From Octopus bimaculoides (Eukaryota), in assembly GCF_001194135.2 (NCBI RefSeq), contig NC_068982.1, forward strand, positions 130,475,013 through 130,539,012: a stretch of 64,000 nt of DNA, in the 5' to 3' direction. How positions within the stretch are numbered: position 1 is the stretch's first letter; each line of letters starts with the position of its first letter. The notes beneath the pieces are model-generated. The model had not been told where the DNA came from, did not search any database, and saw nothing but the letters and a program-made list of their open reading frames with translations. Of this stretch, positions 10,551-24,174 are shown in pieces. The position numbers were made by a program, and so were the translations under genes.

Positions 10551-11015
10551 TAGTTTGCTCTTTTTTAATGCTTATATTAACATCTGTACAATGAAATTTG
10601 TATAGATGTGTGTATGTGTATGAAAATGACTTTATGTAAAAGTGAGAATGTTTTCTCCCTTTTTTGTCCCCTTTTCTATTTTATTTTTTTTTCTCTCGCG
10701 CTCCTAGATTTATTGTTTTTATATTGCTATAATATTTCTTCACCTTCATTAAAACCTCAAAGCAGCAGTTTCGGGGTTGATAGCAGATAGTCACACTCTT
10801 TTGATTTCTGACGCCACACGACAATGAACACGTTTATCATATCAATTTAACACATGCTTAGAATTTTAAACTACGAGACATACATAGTGGTATTTTATAG
10901 GTTTATTGTCAAAGTCAATAAATCAGCCCTAACAAGAATTAGTACCCATGCACACGTATTCCTACACCTATGAAAAGAGAAAACATTCGAATATACACAG
11001 CACATATGCACCCAA

Positions 11016-11021
11016 ACACGC

Positions 11022-11090
<69 letters not shown>
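11016..11090. repeat. (CA)n microsatellite
   Basis: Direct reading. Confidence 0.98.
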
Positions 11091-11091
<1 letters not shown>

Positions 11092-11520
11092 TTCCTCTTA
11101 TTCCTTTCTGTCGAAGAGCGTAGGCTCGAAACGTAACAGTCTTTTCCATTTTTCCCGAGCGTCAAACTAATACACTTGCATGTTGTTCTTACACCTGTCT
11201 TCGTCTTTTGTTATTCTATAAATTTGAACTATATATTATACGCTCACGTGGTTACTCCAGTTTGATCCTGACTGAACTCCCTACTCTCTTGGACTTGCAT
11301 ATCTTAACCACTTCGCGACCTCACAGCACTTCCCCTCATCCACATACCAGCACTCCACCCGGATTACCACTGGATTTCCGAACTCTTTTTAACTCTCACG
11401 GGTTTCACTGGATATTTTCGTTTATGTAAATCGCTCTAATCTACCACGACTTTTGAACTTTGTGAACTTTCTGAACTTTTCAACTCCGTACGTTAATATT
11501 TTGCCATTCTCTCTCTTTTG
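11091..11520 (+). mobile_element. Penelope-like terminal-repeat fragment with hammerhead-like motif
   Basis: CTGTCGA-A-GAGC-GTAG-GCTC-GAAAC-GTA at 11108-11135 has the spacing of minimal PLE hammerheads. Assignment of the rest of the interval is inference. Confidence 0.45.
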
Positions 11521-11524
11521 TAAC

Positions 11525-11563
<39 letters not shown>

Positions 11564-12299
11564 NNNNNNNNNNNNNNNNNNNNNNNNNNNNNNNNNNNNN
11601 NNNNNNNNNNNNNNNNNNNNNNNNNNNNNNNNNNNNNNNNNNNNNNNNNNNNNNNNNNNNNNNNNNNNNNNNNNNNNNNNNNNNNNNNNNNNNNNNNNNN
11701 NNNNNNNNNNNNNNNNNNNNNNNNNNNNNNNNNNNNNNNNNNNNNNNNNNNNNNNNNNNNNNNNNNNNNNNNNNNNNNNNNNNNNNNNNNNNNNNNNNNN
11801 NNNNNNNNNNNNNNNNNNNNNNNNNNNNNNNNNNNNNNNNNNNNNNNNNNNNNNNNNNNNNNNNNNNNNNNNNNNNNNNNNNNNNNNNNNNNNNNNNNNN
11901 NNNNNNNNNNNNNNNNNNNNNNNNNNNNNNNNNNNNNNNNNNNNNNNNNNNNNNNNNNNNNNNNNNNNNNNNNNNNNNNNNNNNNNNNNNNNNNNNNNNN
12001 NNNNNNNNNNNNNNNNNNNNNNNNNNNNNNNNNNNNNNNNNNNNNNNNNNNNNNNNNNNNNNNNNNNNNNNNNNNNNNNNNNNNNNNNNNNNNNNNNNNN
12101 NNNNNNNNNNNNNNNNNNNNNNNNNNNNNNNNNNNNNNNNNNNNNNNNNNNNNNNNNNNNNNNNNNNNNNNNNNNNNNNNNNNNNNNNNNNNNNNNNNNN
12201 NNNNNNNNNNNNNNNNNNNNNNNNNNNNNNNNNNNNNNNNNNNNNNNNNNNNNNNNNNNNNNNNNNNNNNNNNNNNNNNNNNNNNNNNNNNNNNNNNNN
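11564..12299. other. Assembly gap between (TA)n and (GA)n tracts
   Basis: Run of N; (GA)n continues 12300-12433. Confidence 1.
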
Positions 12300-12745
12300 A
12301 GAGGGAGAGAGGCGAGAGAGAGAGAGAGAGAGAGTGAAAGAGAGAAGGAGAGAGAGGGGTGAGAGATAAAGATAGAGAGAGGAGAGAGCAAGCGAGAGAG
12401 AGAGAGAGCAAGCGAGAGAGAGAGAGAGAGAAAGCGTAAAAATTACCGAGTGGATTATGGTAAAGAGATAGCTTCCAAATCACCGATTCAGTTACTTTGC
12501 AGTTGTTTATGTATTCAGAACACTGTATTCTCTCGTAGGTAAGTAGCAGGTCAGCTTTAAATTTTCCTTCGTTACATCTACAGTGGCTTTAGGATCCGAG
12601 ACAACAGGTCTGGATCACTCTTAGTTTCTCCCCTTTACTTTTGCAGAGTCAGTATGTGTGAATCTTAGCTTGTCTTCGCCCTCAAGGTCATTGAACTAGA
12701 ACTAAGCACCGGTTACCACAACTCTTACTTTTCAATGATGCCCAT

Positions 12746-12769
12746 TCACACACACACACACACACACAA

Positions 12770-12832
<63 letters not shown>
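12746..12832. repeat. Compound (CA)n/(TCTA)n microsatellite
   Basis: Direct reading. Confidence 0.97.
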
Positions 12833-13734
12833 ATTCTTTCTTTCTTCCTGTTTGAGTGTGTATTAGTGAATGTTGGTGCATTGGTTCACTTTTTAAAAGA
12901 AATTTAAGCTTCTTAAACCGTAACTTTCAGTTAATTCGTTAAAACAATCGTTCAGATCTTAAGAACAATCGGAACCTTCAAATTCAGACTTATGTGTCAA
13001 GAAGTGGAGTCTGCTATTTCTCACATATGCACAGTCAGTTTGTGCTAGACAATAATTTTGATGGCTTGCAATAACACTTACACTATCAAGTTTCCCCTTC
13101 TTACACACAGAAAATTAAAGGAGATCATCTTGACATCTTTCAGGACTGGTTAGCTACTCTCTAGAGACTAAGTTGCCCTCGTTCTTCTATCTATGGCAAG
13201 AACTGAAAAACAATTAATAATTAAATAAAATCAAACAAGGATCTTGCTTAACTGGTTAAGCAAATTTGCGTATCGTGCATTTGTAGGCGATGTGATTAAA
13301 TTGTTAATAAGTATTTTATGTAGAGATAGCATTTATTAGAAAATCTAAGATAAATTTAATGTAGTTAACTTACACTTGATAACATCTACGCAGTAGAAAG
13401 TAAATAAACGTATACACATTTTGTTATCTTTTCGCACACAGCGCATTCGTTATAAACTATAAACTATTTACATTAAATATATTTTAGGTTTTGGCGCATA
13501 AAATATTTATTATTTAATCACGCCCCCAACAAAGACAAGACAAGCAAGTTAACCATTTCAGAAAGACTCAGGTTTGCGTTTAATTTATGTAGTGAATGCT
13601 ATTCAGTTCCCTTCTTAAGCAGAAAAATAAGGAGTACTTGTTCTCTGAAAAATGACTCTCCAGCCATGAAACATGTCAGAAACATCTTCTTTAGTTTTTT
13701 TCTGTGCAAACACATAAATATATATGAAAATTTT

Positions 13735-14405
13735 CGCGCCGGTAAGCCGTGTCAATTCTCGGCTGTTACTCCTAGAGTACAGACGTGTAGTGCGCACTCG
13801 TCAGATTTTTGTTTACACTGAACGCATCGAGCAGAGTTATTGCATCAGGTTTTGCCAAAAGCTTGGTGATACTCCAGCTCAAACCAGCCAGAAGATTCAG
13901 CAGACCTTTGGCGATGATACTATGGGAAAAACTCAGATCAAGGAGTAATAAAACTGCTTCAAACATGACCAGAACTCAGTGGAGAGCGACGCATGCTCAG
14001 GCAGGCCATCCACAAGTCGAAAGGAGGAGCCGAGAAGGTTAAGTGAATAGTCAAGGAAGACTTTCGTGTAATAATTAAGGAAATCGCTCACGAAGTGGGA
14101 ATAAGTACAAGATCAGTGCAAATCATATTAACGGAGGATTAGTGCATGTGGAGAGTGTCAGCGAAATTCGTCCCGAACGTGCTGGCGGAACAGCAAAAGC
14201 AACTACGCTCATGACACGTTGGACTGTGCAAACCCCGACCCAGACTTCATGAAGGCCATCACCACTGATGATGATGAAACATGAGCTCATGGTCACTGCT
14301 CGATGCATTCGGTCATCTTGCGTGAAAATGAAAATCCGATGGGCGCGCACTACATTTCTGTACTCTAGGCGTAATAGCCGGGATCTGATGCAGCCTACCG
14401 CGCGC
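13735..14405 (+). mobile_element. Rearranged mariner (DD34D-type) derivative with about 100-bp inverted ends
   Basis: Decayed transposase N-terminus: IEQSYCIRFCQKLG, SGRPSTSR, WRVSAKFVP, ITTDDDET* (ITGDETW-like). 14294-14405 is an inverted copy of 13735-13835. Confidence 0.85.
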
Positions 14406-14867
14406 GCGCGCGTGTTTGTGTGTGTGTGTGTGTGAGAGAGAAAATACTCAAAGATTGTCGCTCAACGTTAAGCAAATTTCCTGAAGGAGTTTCCGACCAT
14501 ATCTATAATACATAAAATAGTATATTAAATGAAAGGACGCTTCAAAGAGTCCATAAGTACGGTTAAAATAGTGATATTTATATCTGATACTTTGTAGATT
14601 ATAATGTAAATAAGAAATGTCCATACAATGGTATTCGGTGATCCTCACATACAGAAATATAGGAGCTGTAGAGTAATGCTAATTTAGTTGATATTTAGAA
14701 GAGCGTTATAGTTTGCTAGAAGCATCGTAGTACAGAAGTAGAAAGAATAATAAATGAAATGAGAAATAAGGAAAGCTTCTAACAATGGAGAAAGTTTTAC
14801 AAACTTTTTTATATTTCGGGCGTAAAGGCATGTCTTCAGAAGAATACAATCAAAGAAATGTGTTTAC

Positions 14868-15445
14868 ATAGACCCTGTCATTTTGGATAGCGGGATATAT
14901 ATCTACAACATATGTGGAAAATCGGTGTGTGTTTGTTTGTGGCGTTGTTAGCTAACTCCTCCTACATCGTTTTATTGATTTTGATGAAACTTGACACGTG
15001 AGTAGAACTCATGTCTGGAAACCTCGTGACATAATTATATTGCTTAAAAAACGGTAATACGGCCCCTGGAAGGGACCTTTATATCTACCTCATATAACAA
15101 TTTTTTTTAAATACCCAAGGGAAATAACCCATAGCACCTGTATAATAATTTTTTAAACACTCAAGGGAAATAACCCATTTCATTGTTTATGTTCGATTAT
15201 CTTGAATATTGATTTTTCTGTATCCTATTTCTAACTTTTGCAGGCAATATCACTTTTATACTTTATTTGACACGTAAGTAGAACTCATGCCTGGAAACCT
15301 CGTGACATACTTAGATTGTTGAAAAAAAATCGATAATAGGGCCCTTTCAATGGATCCTTCTATCTACCAAGTATTACTAATATTTTATTTAAACAACCCA
15401 AGGGAAATAACCGACACCACCTGCAGATTTTAGCGAAGCGATCAA
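14868..15445 (+). mobile_element. Putative non-autonomous Helentron/DINE-1-like element with internal direct repeats
   Basis: Imperfect 5' stem-loop (ACCCTGTC..GGATAGCGGG), short GT-rich tract, two about 145-bp direct repeats starting 14991 and 15267, and CAAGGGAAATAACC three times. Class is inference. Confidence 0.4.
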
Positions 15446-16005
15446 TATTTGATTCTCACGATCAGCCGACCTAATTCTACATTTCACTACTCACAGTTTT
15501 GAACTGCTAAACATTATTATTGCACTTCCTTAATTTGAATCTTAAACGTTAAAGACGTCATTCATTCATTTCTATACATACATACTTGTTTGAATGCCCC
15601 TTACTCCGATAATTCTGCATTTTTACAGTTACACTTTTTCCATGACAGTAGATAAATTATTTATCCCACAACGTATTTGTGGTGCCTTCATGCAGGCATA
15701 GCGTGGATTCGATCCTCGATTGCCAAATTTCACTTCAACAGCGCTTTTCTTACGGTAAAACGATATTATTTCCGTAAATGACAGCAGTTATGCATTTCCC
15801 AGATGCCTTCGCTAAGCAAAATAATGACTTTGCCTCTCGCCAACCTCCGATAACCTCTCTCACCAGCCTCCGACAATCTCTCGCTCCTCCAGCTGACAAT
15901 CTTTTGAACTTTTTCGTGACGGAAAATACACCTTTTGTGGCAGTTATAACGAAATTACTTTCTTATATCAGAATAATAAGGCGTTTCAATAGAACATCTT
16001 TACCC

Positions 16006-16233
16006 NNNNNNNNNNNNNNNNNNNNNNNNNNNNNNNNNNNNNNNNNNNNNNNNNNNNNNNNNNNNNNNNNNNNNNNNNNNNNNNNNNNNNNNNNNNNNNN
16101 NNNNNNNNNNNNNNNNNNNNNNNNNNNNNNNNNNNNNNNNNNNNNNNNNNNNNNNNNNNNNNNNNNNNNNNNNNNNNNNNNNNNNNNNNNNNNNNNNNNN
16201 NNNNNNNNNNNNNNNNNNNNNNNNNNNNNNNNN
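16006..16233. other. Assembly gap
   Basis: Run of N, followed by (TA)(GA)(TAGA) repeats to about 16312. Confidence 1.
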
Positions 16234-16313
<80 letters not shown>

Positions 16314-16842
16314 GTACTGCGTGTATGAATTTTATTTACTGCAGTACACAGTGCGTAAATTTGCTTGCAATAATCTATATATGATTTGAGGAGAATTTGA
16401 TTCCTATTTTGAGCACGTTGAGTAGCCACGTAGAGGCTCCTCGGGCATCTGATTTAATATTTCCCATTATCTTATGGATCCTTTGTTTTAAGATTGTAAA
16501 GTGTGATTTAAAGAAGATCTGGCTACTATTTCTGGCAAGTTAAAAAAACTACGCAGAACTTCTCAGGTCATCTAAGATTGTAAGATATTGTGTTTCAAGT
16601 AAATGAGGTGAACTGATTTTCTTCAAAGGGAATGAAAGAAGTGTGATTTCAGCAAGTTATACGATAATATGTGTGTGTGTAAATGTGTGTGCGCGCGCAT
16701 GATACACATATGAATGCACGTATACACTCATATCAGATGTCCGATATGTAAGACAGCGGATGAACCTATTTCATTTTCACATGCCTGTTGTTTCCGATAT
16801 GAGGTATGTGCAGAACCACACACATGCATACACAAAAAATAC

Positions 16843-16878
<36 letters not shown>

Positions 16879-17649
16879 CGTGTGTGTGTGTTAGCGCGCG
16901 CGTGTGTTTGTGTGTGTGTGTAACAATTTTTTGCTCACTCAGTTTTCACAGGCTGTAACAACACATACAAGTACTAACAGAAAAGCACCCGCATGCATAA
17001 ATATATGCATTGATGCCGACATACAATTGCAAGTACACGTTGACATAAATATCTACAGTTCACAAGCACGCACCCACACATACTCAGAGACATACACGAA
17101 CATAAGTACAAAAATAACTTGCTTCTACTAGTTTGTGTGCATGAAGACAGACGTAATTTTGTACACACTCTCTCTCTCTTTCTTTCTCTCTCTCTCTCTC
17201 TCTCTCTCATACACACACACACACTGAGATATATGTGGGATGGGGCGGTCCGTCTATTTCCTATCGTCGCTCAGCTATGTTCCTCTTTGCACACTGATCT
17301 CTGATCACCTGACACCTACGCACTTTGAATATGTTAGGTGTGTGCTTGTGCGTCTGTGTGTGTGTGTTTGGTTATAATGAGTGAGGTGGATAGATGTCTA
17401 GTCTCTGTCGACGACAACCGAGTTAAACTATAGTGGACTGTTTAAAACTCGACGTATTATTTACTATATAAGCTAGCTACCTTTATGGAGTTCATAAAAG
17501 CAGGTTTCTCCCTTTACCAGGTAGCCGACGTCTCCTTTCTACAACTCCTCTTCCTTCTTATTCTCTTTCCAAACAAGTTAAACAAGTATAGTGGGATTTT
17601 TGGGTTTGGTGAGGGAATATTGATAAATTGTCGTATATCAGTCTGCGTA

Positions 17650-17877
17650 AAGAAGAAGAAGAAGAAGAAGAAGAAGAAGAAGAAGAAGAAGAAGAAGAAG
17701 AAGAAGAAGAAAAGGAAGAGGAAGAAGATGAAAAATAAAATGAAGAAGAAGAAGAAGAAGAAGAAGAAGAAGAAGAAGAAGAAGGAGAAGAAGAAAAAGA
17801 AGAAGAAGGAGAAGAAGTAGAAGAAGGAGAAGAAGAAGAAATAGAAGGAGAAGAAGAATGTGAAAAAGAAGAATAAA
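17650..17877. repeat. (AAG)n trinucleotide tract
   Basis: Direct reading; explains the spurious poly-Lys ORF 17485-17820. Confidence 0.98.
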
Positions 17878-19644
17878 AGCGATGACGATGAGTATATTTA
17901 CTCGCGGGTCAGCTACTTTGTCCTATTTTTAATTGGTGTCATGTAGGTCGAGAACCAATTCCCTCCTATTCTCTCACCCTCACTAACACCAACACGGTTC
18001 ATTGAGAAAATATGAACTCACTCGCTTAAGAAACACATGCGTCGTATAATTTTACACGAGTAATTCTCATCTCAAAGAATTCACTCAGTACAGTCCACAA
18101 ACAGAGGTAGGAGAGGAACAACAGCGTCCCTAATTGAATACACACATACACACGCACGCACGCACAGACAGACAGACAGACATGCACACAGTCAGACATA
18201 CAGATATGCACACACACAAGCATACATTATAGATGCTATGTTATGTTGAATTGTTATATTGATAAACAAATTATAGATGGAGGCGAAAAGGGATTGTTTT
18301 TGAAACGGTTGCATAATAAAACACATTTAGTGAAGAAATAATAATTGAAATTACAAGCACGGAAACTGAAATGATTCGATTTTGATCACGTCGCGGAATG
18401 TGTAAAATAGACAATGGATATCATAAAACGTCAGTGGCAAGAATGTTTTGAATATGAAGCAGCAACATGGAACATATGAATCTGAGACAGAAACCAAAGA
18501 ATCCTCATTTAAAGAACTCAGTGGATTTGTCAAGGTGAAGACGTGTAAAAAGATGCTATACGCAATGATACTTCACGATATTCTGGCACGCTATGCCGTT
18601 ACTTTGAACTGGATTAAAATCTACCAGTCACCCCAATCCTAATGCATTAATCCTTCCCCCCTTTGTATAAAGTGAAAAGTAATTATTATTTGGAATACAT
18701 TGCTGTTCAAATTCCAGTTTAAGCTGTATTTGTTTTGTTATTTTTATTTTATATTTTGTGTTCCGCTATGATATACGAGCTACATTGGAAGCACTGGGTG
18801 CAGCTATTTGTGACTGTGCATCTGCAATAGACTTTACTCATCCTGAGTCATCTCGATTTACGTATATTGAAATATAGAATTTAGTTGCGAAAAGTGGATA
18901 TTTAAATGGTTTAAATGACTCTAAGGAAGTTATGTCATACAAGCACTCAGCTGGAAATGCAATGCATCTGACACGTAATTCTTGTTCCTTTGTCATGCAT
19001 TAATTGATGATCTGTACTCATCTGATGCTTTACTCATACTTTGATGAATAAGTATAGTGAGTTTCAACAACTGGTTATTAGTATCGCTTTACTAAGCGAA
19101 ATGATCCCTCTCTCTCTCTAGTTATCTATTTTTATATATTTATATATATATAGAGAGAGAGAGCGAGGGAGAGAGAGGGAGAAAGAGAGGGAGAGAGAGA
19201 TTGTTATCTTTATCATACTTAATAATTTGTCCAAGGATAACATCTCTTATGAACTTGCAGTGTTAATAACATAATAATCATATACGAAGATTCGTTCTAG
19301 TAGCAGCTTTTCAGCTTTTGTGGGTCTTTCAATAGCACATCGCGTTGTCAGTTACATGCTCGGACGAGAATTCATCATCTTTGATAAAGGCAGAAAGCGA
19401 ATAAAACATTCACTGACATTGTGACTAGACACTCGGCTGATTAAAAGTTTGGTATATTCAATTGAGAATATTTATTTAGAATAGCCATCAGTGCATCGTG
19501 CATAATATATACATAATGTTGATAGGCTAGTTACGGCAGTAATTGTCCTGAGGTAACTTCTTTCATGGATATGCTATGTTTTATATACACAGACATCCAA
19601 ACACACGCATATACATAACTATAAATATGTATGCATATCTTCAT

Positions 19645-19669
19645 ATATATATATATATGTGTGCGTGTA

Positions 19670-19702
<33 letters not shown>

Positions 19703-19822
19703 CATGCATACAAACACATAGATATATGGGGAGAGAGAGAGAGAGAGGGAGAGAGAGAGAGGGGGGAGAGAAAGAGAGAGAGGGAGAGAGAGAGAAAGAG
19801 AGAGGGAGGGAGAGAGAGAGAA
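19645..19822. repeat. Compound (TA)/(TG)/(GA) microsatellite
   Basis: Direct reading. Confidence 0.95.
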
Positions 19823-20796
19823 AACAAGATGAAAATAGATTGAGAGAGTGAGAAGAGGGCACCACGTCATTAATCTTATCACTAATTAACAGTTTCCTTT
19901 GAAATTACATTATAATATAAGTTCATGTTGAAATGATGTTTGAATTGTGTCAACTTAACCTGGACTTTTCATTTACTTAATCTTACGATAAGCAGTTATT
20001 TACTTTAGCAGTCTTTTTAACTTTGGCATATAAACTAAAATCAGTTTCCCAGTCGTATTTCTAAAATAAAAAATGCACTCAAGCAGGTATAAGAGTGCGA
20101 CCATACATACATATTATTACCTGATCAGTTGCGTAGTTAAATCTAATTTCACTTTTACTAAACGCGGTCAAAAATATATCAGACGAAACATTTTAGCACG
20201 TCTAAATCGGATTGCTTCTTTAAAAATTGAACACAAGCAAAATAAGGGAAGCGCTCATGACATTTACAGATCCAATTCAGATTGGTGTAATCGATGCAGT
20301 CCTGCGGTAACTTCTTTTATGTACATTTGGATTGTTATACATACATGTCTATAGTAAAAATGTCTGCAGAGGAAGGATTTTCTAGTGGGACGGATTGATT
20401 AAAATTTGCTTTTAGCAAAGATGAGAAAAGACAGAGAAGAATATGAAGAGGAGAGAAATAAAATTGTGGATAGTTAGGCTTGGCTAGAGATGCTATTATC
20501 TCGCTAGGTCTATTGAAGAGCAATTGTTGCTGATGCTGTTGAAAAAGCAGAAGGGCGTGCAGTGTGATTGGTGAGTCTTAGTTAATCTAATGAACAATTT
20601 TCTTTTCGACAATGAAGGTTTTTCTTGAGTCTTGTAGAGTATTGGTGGTAGTGGTGGTGGTGATATCCCTTTCATGTGTGATAGAGACGTAGAACTTTAG
20701 CGGTGACTTAGAGCGCCTCTACGTCACTTTTTTTAAAACGTGGTAGTGTCCATCCTTCTCCATAACTAAACACTGTAATTTCTTCTAGAGAGAGAG

Positions 20797-21035
20797 NNNN
20801 NNNNNNNNNNNNNNNNNNNNNNNNNNNNNNNNNNNNNNNNNNNNNNNNNNNNNNNNNNNNNNNNNNNNNNNNNNNNNNNNNNNNNNNNNNNNNNNNNNNN
20901 NNNNNNNNNNNNNNNNNNNNNNNNNNNNNNNNNNNNNNNNNNNNNNNNNNNNNNNNNNNNNNNNNNNNNNNNNNNNNNNNNNNNNNNNNNNNNNNNNNNN
21001 NNNNNNNNNNNNNNNNNNNNNNNNNNNNNNNNNNN
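20797..21035. other. Assembly gap
   Basis: Run of N between (GA)n and (TA)n. Confidence 1.
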
Positions 21036-21414
21036 ATATATATATATATACGATAATCTGGATGGCAAATTATTTTATTTGCACATTGATGTTGAAACTC
21101 GGGTATAAGGGTAACTATTGAAATGTTTTTATTTTTCAGTCCTTTTGAAATTCTCTTATTCGTGGTGAGCGATTTAACTGCCCTTTCCAGCATGTAAGGT
21201 GTTCTGTTAAGGTCACCTCTTTTATGGATAAAAACGTACATTAATTTATATATATGTATATAAATACATATATATATATATATATATGGAACTTGTATCA
21301 TTTTCTATTTCTTGACGTCATGGGACAATATGGATAAATGACAGCAATTGCTGAAATCAGTGCAATCATTATGACAGATAAGTAAATAGAGACTCTCATT
21401 CACACATATAAATA

Positions 21415-21595
21415 TGTGTACGATGGGCTTCCCGCGATTTCCGTCCATGAAATTCCACTCACAAAGCAACGGTCAACATAAGGCTACAAGGTACTACTAG
21501 AAGTTACTTGGCAAAGGTGCAGCGCGCTGGAATAGAGTCTTGAAGTCACACGATTGCGAAGCGAAATTCTTAGCGACATGTGTATTCCTGTATGT
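21415..21595 (-). mobile_element. SINE family 3 (CORE-like, OR-type) 5' half, degenerate
   Basis: Reverse complement gives a tRNA-like head then GCACCTTTGCCAAGTAACTTCTAGTAGTACC and GTGAGTGGAATTTCATGGACGGAAATC..GAAGCCCATCGTA, as in 62688-62840. Confidence 0.65.
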
Positions 21596-21764
21596 ATTCG
21601 TAAGCAGGCGATATGATTGAATCAACGCCAATAAATAGCTATTTATTGAGTATAACGAAACGAAAGCAAAGAATTTATCACCGTACCATAATTATACACC
21701 AACCACCTTTACCTCATTAATAATAATGTTTAGCCTAAGCACAAGGTTATATTCTTTGCGAGTA

Positions 21765-21870
21765 GAAGTCTGTCGGTTTAATATACCCCAGTTCTTGATA
21801 TAAGATGAAAGGTAAACTTTACTCCAACGGGATTTGAATTCAGGACATAGACTGATGTAACTAAATACCA
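21765..21870 (-). mobile_element. Degenerate SINE family 1 fragment
   Basis: GATGAAAGGTAAACTTTACTCC..GGGATTTGAATTCAGGAC is the reverse complement of the B box and core. Confidence 0.55.
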
Positions 21871-24174
21871 GAAACAACTTAGTAAGCTACTTTGTAACGT
21901 TTTTCACTTGTCTAAACTAACTGATATAGATAAATGCGAATTTCTTTTTAAAACCTTGTTTCGCATTGCCAGACTAAAACACAAGACCACAAATATTTCT
22001 TTTCATCCGGCTGCTTGATATTTCTCTAATTATAAATAAGTAAATCAATTTGTTTCCCAAAGTAGTCAAATAACTAGCTAGCTGCTAAGATATTGTATTG
22101 ACTCAAAATGCTATGTTACTGAATCGTACTTTCACCATCTGGAAATTGAATCACAAACTCAGAAATACATAGCCTGTTGCTATATCTAAGGCTAAGAAAA
22201 TATGTAAATAGATTTTGGCTTCTTTATAAGCCGAAATTAATTAGCCTACTCTTACAGAGTTGGCTGTCCTTCGAGTGCTAAAATTGTACTTATCAATAAA
22301 CAAAATCAAAATTCATTCAACAGAATGACAACATTCGCATTAAGAACAGTATTAACTGTTACCAACATCTGTGACCTTATTCACAGAACTGTCATTGATT
22401 TAGAAACCTACTTTTCAATGAAATAACCTGTAATCGCCGCATCTTCCAGGAGTCGTATGATCCCAGTCTCTATTCTAGCAAATTCCTCCCAAAATACCAT
22501 ACATTCCTCATAATATAATATGAACACCATCTGTGTATAAAATTATATGTATGTGACATAAAGCTCATCTTTGATAGGATCACTCTCTCTCCCTTCCCTC
22601 TCTCTTTCAGGTAACTCACACAAGTTATAATTCTTGACAGCCAGGTAAATAAATTTTGACAGCTCGTAAACTGAGACATGTAGAATAAATTGTACTAGAA
22701 ACACAGAGAAACACCGGTAGTTACTTGTTCAATAGCATATTCTGCCATTTTGCTTCTTCTCAGAATATAAGATGAAGCTAAATATGGGACAACTTTCAAA
22801 TTTTTGGTATATAAATAAGGTATATGACACCTTTTCATTACATTTATATGTATATTCAGAATAAACATTTATAATCAGATACCATTATGCAAATTAGATG
22901 GAAAAGTAACTTGAAAAATTCCCCGTAAGTCAATCATTTATATGAAGTCGTTTTATAGTCTCCGCTATGATCTATCACTTCCTCTATGTCTATATTCTAA
23001 GACAGTTTATGAAAATTGAATGTGCGAAAGTTCTTTTACGAATGAACATATCTTTTTAATATACGTTTCTAACGTATATCAATTAGAAAAGAATATCCAT
23101 CACTCTCAAAATCTTCCAATTATAATTTACTCTGTTTTCAAGAAATTCCTCACAGGCTACGAACCCACGCCATCGTCAGTCACAGGAGCTAGAAACGATC
23201 ATAAAATAAATATAAGGCATATGTCTTTTTTTTTTTTTTGTTCAACTAGTTTTATTATTTTCAGAAAGAAGAAATGGGAAGGGTGGAACCACATTTTCGG
23301 AGAATATAGCTGACAGCTAAAATCTGCAACAGGATGTTCTAAAATCACTTAAGCAGATTAGAAAGATACGTCAAGACTAAGACGAGGAATTCTTCAGATA
23401 TCTTGCTAGATTAGGTCTGTCAAGTATTCTGTTTATCACATAAAAGCAACAGAATAAAAACGAAATGAAATCGAGATCAGTCGTTAGAATTTAGCCGTAC
23501 ATATTGGTCTGACAATTCAGAGGCGGAATGTTTGATTGAGTATTAAAGTATTATGAACTTATTTATACGAGTTCAAGTCATTGCATTTATTTTGTTTGTC
23601 TAGCTGTCGACGGGGATCGGCATTAGATCTAATGGAAATGTTGTAAGTTACTTGCGGTTGACTAGTGTACTATCAAATATAAAATGTATCTTTCTTTCTT
23701 GAACGCTATGAAAATGAAGCTAACAACTAACTACCCAGGGTTTCGAAAGCATTTCCATTTCGGGTAACGTAGAACTGCATAAAAGTTGGGGTTTTCTTTC
23801 TTAGTCATTAGCATAGGTAATGATATCAGTAGAGCTGCTAATAAATATACATACATATATTTCTTGAAGTATGAATAAATGTTGGACTGCTTATATGTCC
23901 GAAATAGTGTTCAATTCTGTATGTAAGTGGATGAAGTTTTCTGTATGAATGTGTGAATGTAAGTTGAAAGGAGTAATAATGTAAGTATTTGTAAGAATAT
24001 TTAAAGACAAATATATTTGACATTTAGGTTTATGCTGACACGAAAATATATAATGCAGAACTTGCTTTTTCCTAGTCATTAACATGAGTAATAATACCTA
24101 TGGCGCAAAATATAGTGAAAATAATCTATGCAGTCCTTGAAGTATGGGTATGAGTAATTGGTAGGCTTCGTGAA

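Noticed and set aside
11453-12483. Long ORFs of about 300 aa (also 15778-16429, 20708-21301, 54293-54869)
   Set aside because: They are open only because they run through N gaps and microsatellites.
13100-13230. Minus-strand acceptor at about 13205 with a possible downstream donor
   Set aside because: Stops in all three frames, a weak donor, and similar acceptors occur on both strands at chance frequency.
17485-17820. Poly-Lys ORF
   Set aside because: Translation of an (AAG)n tract.
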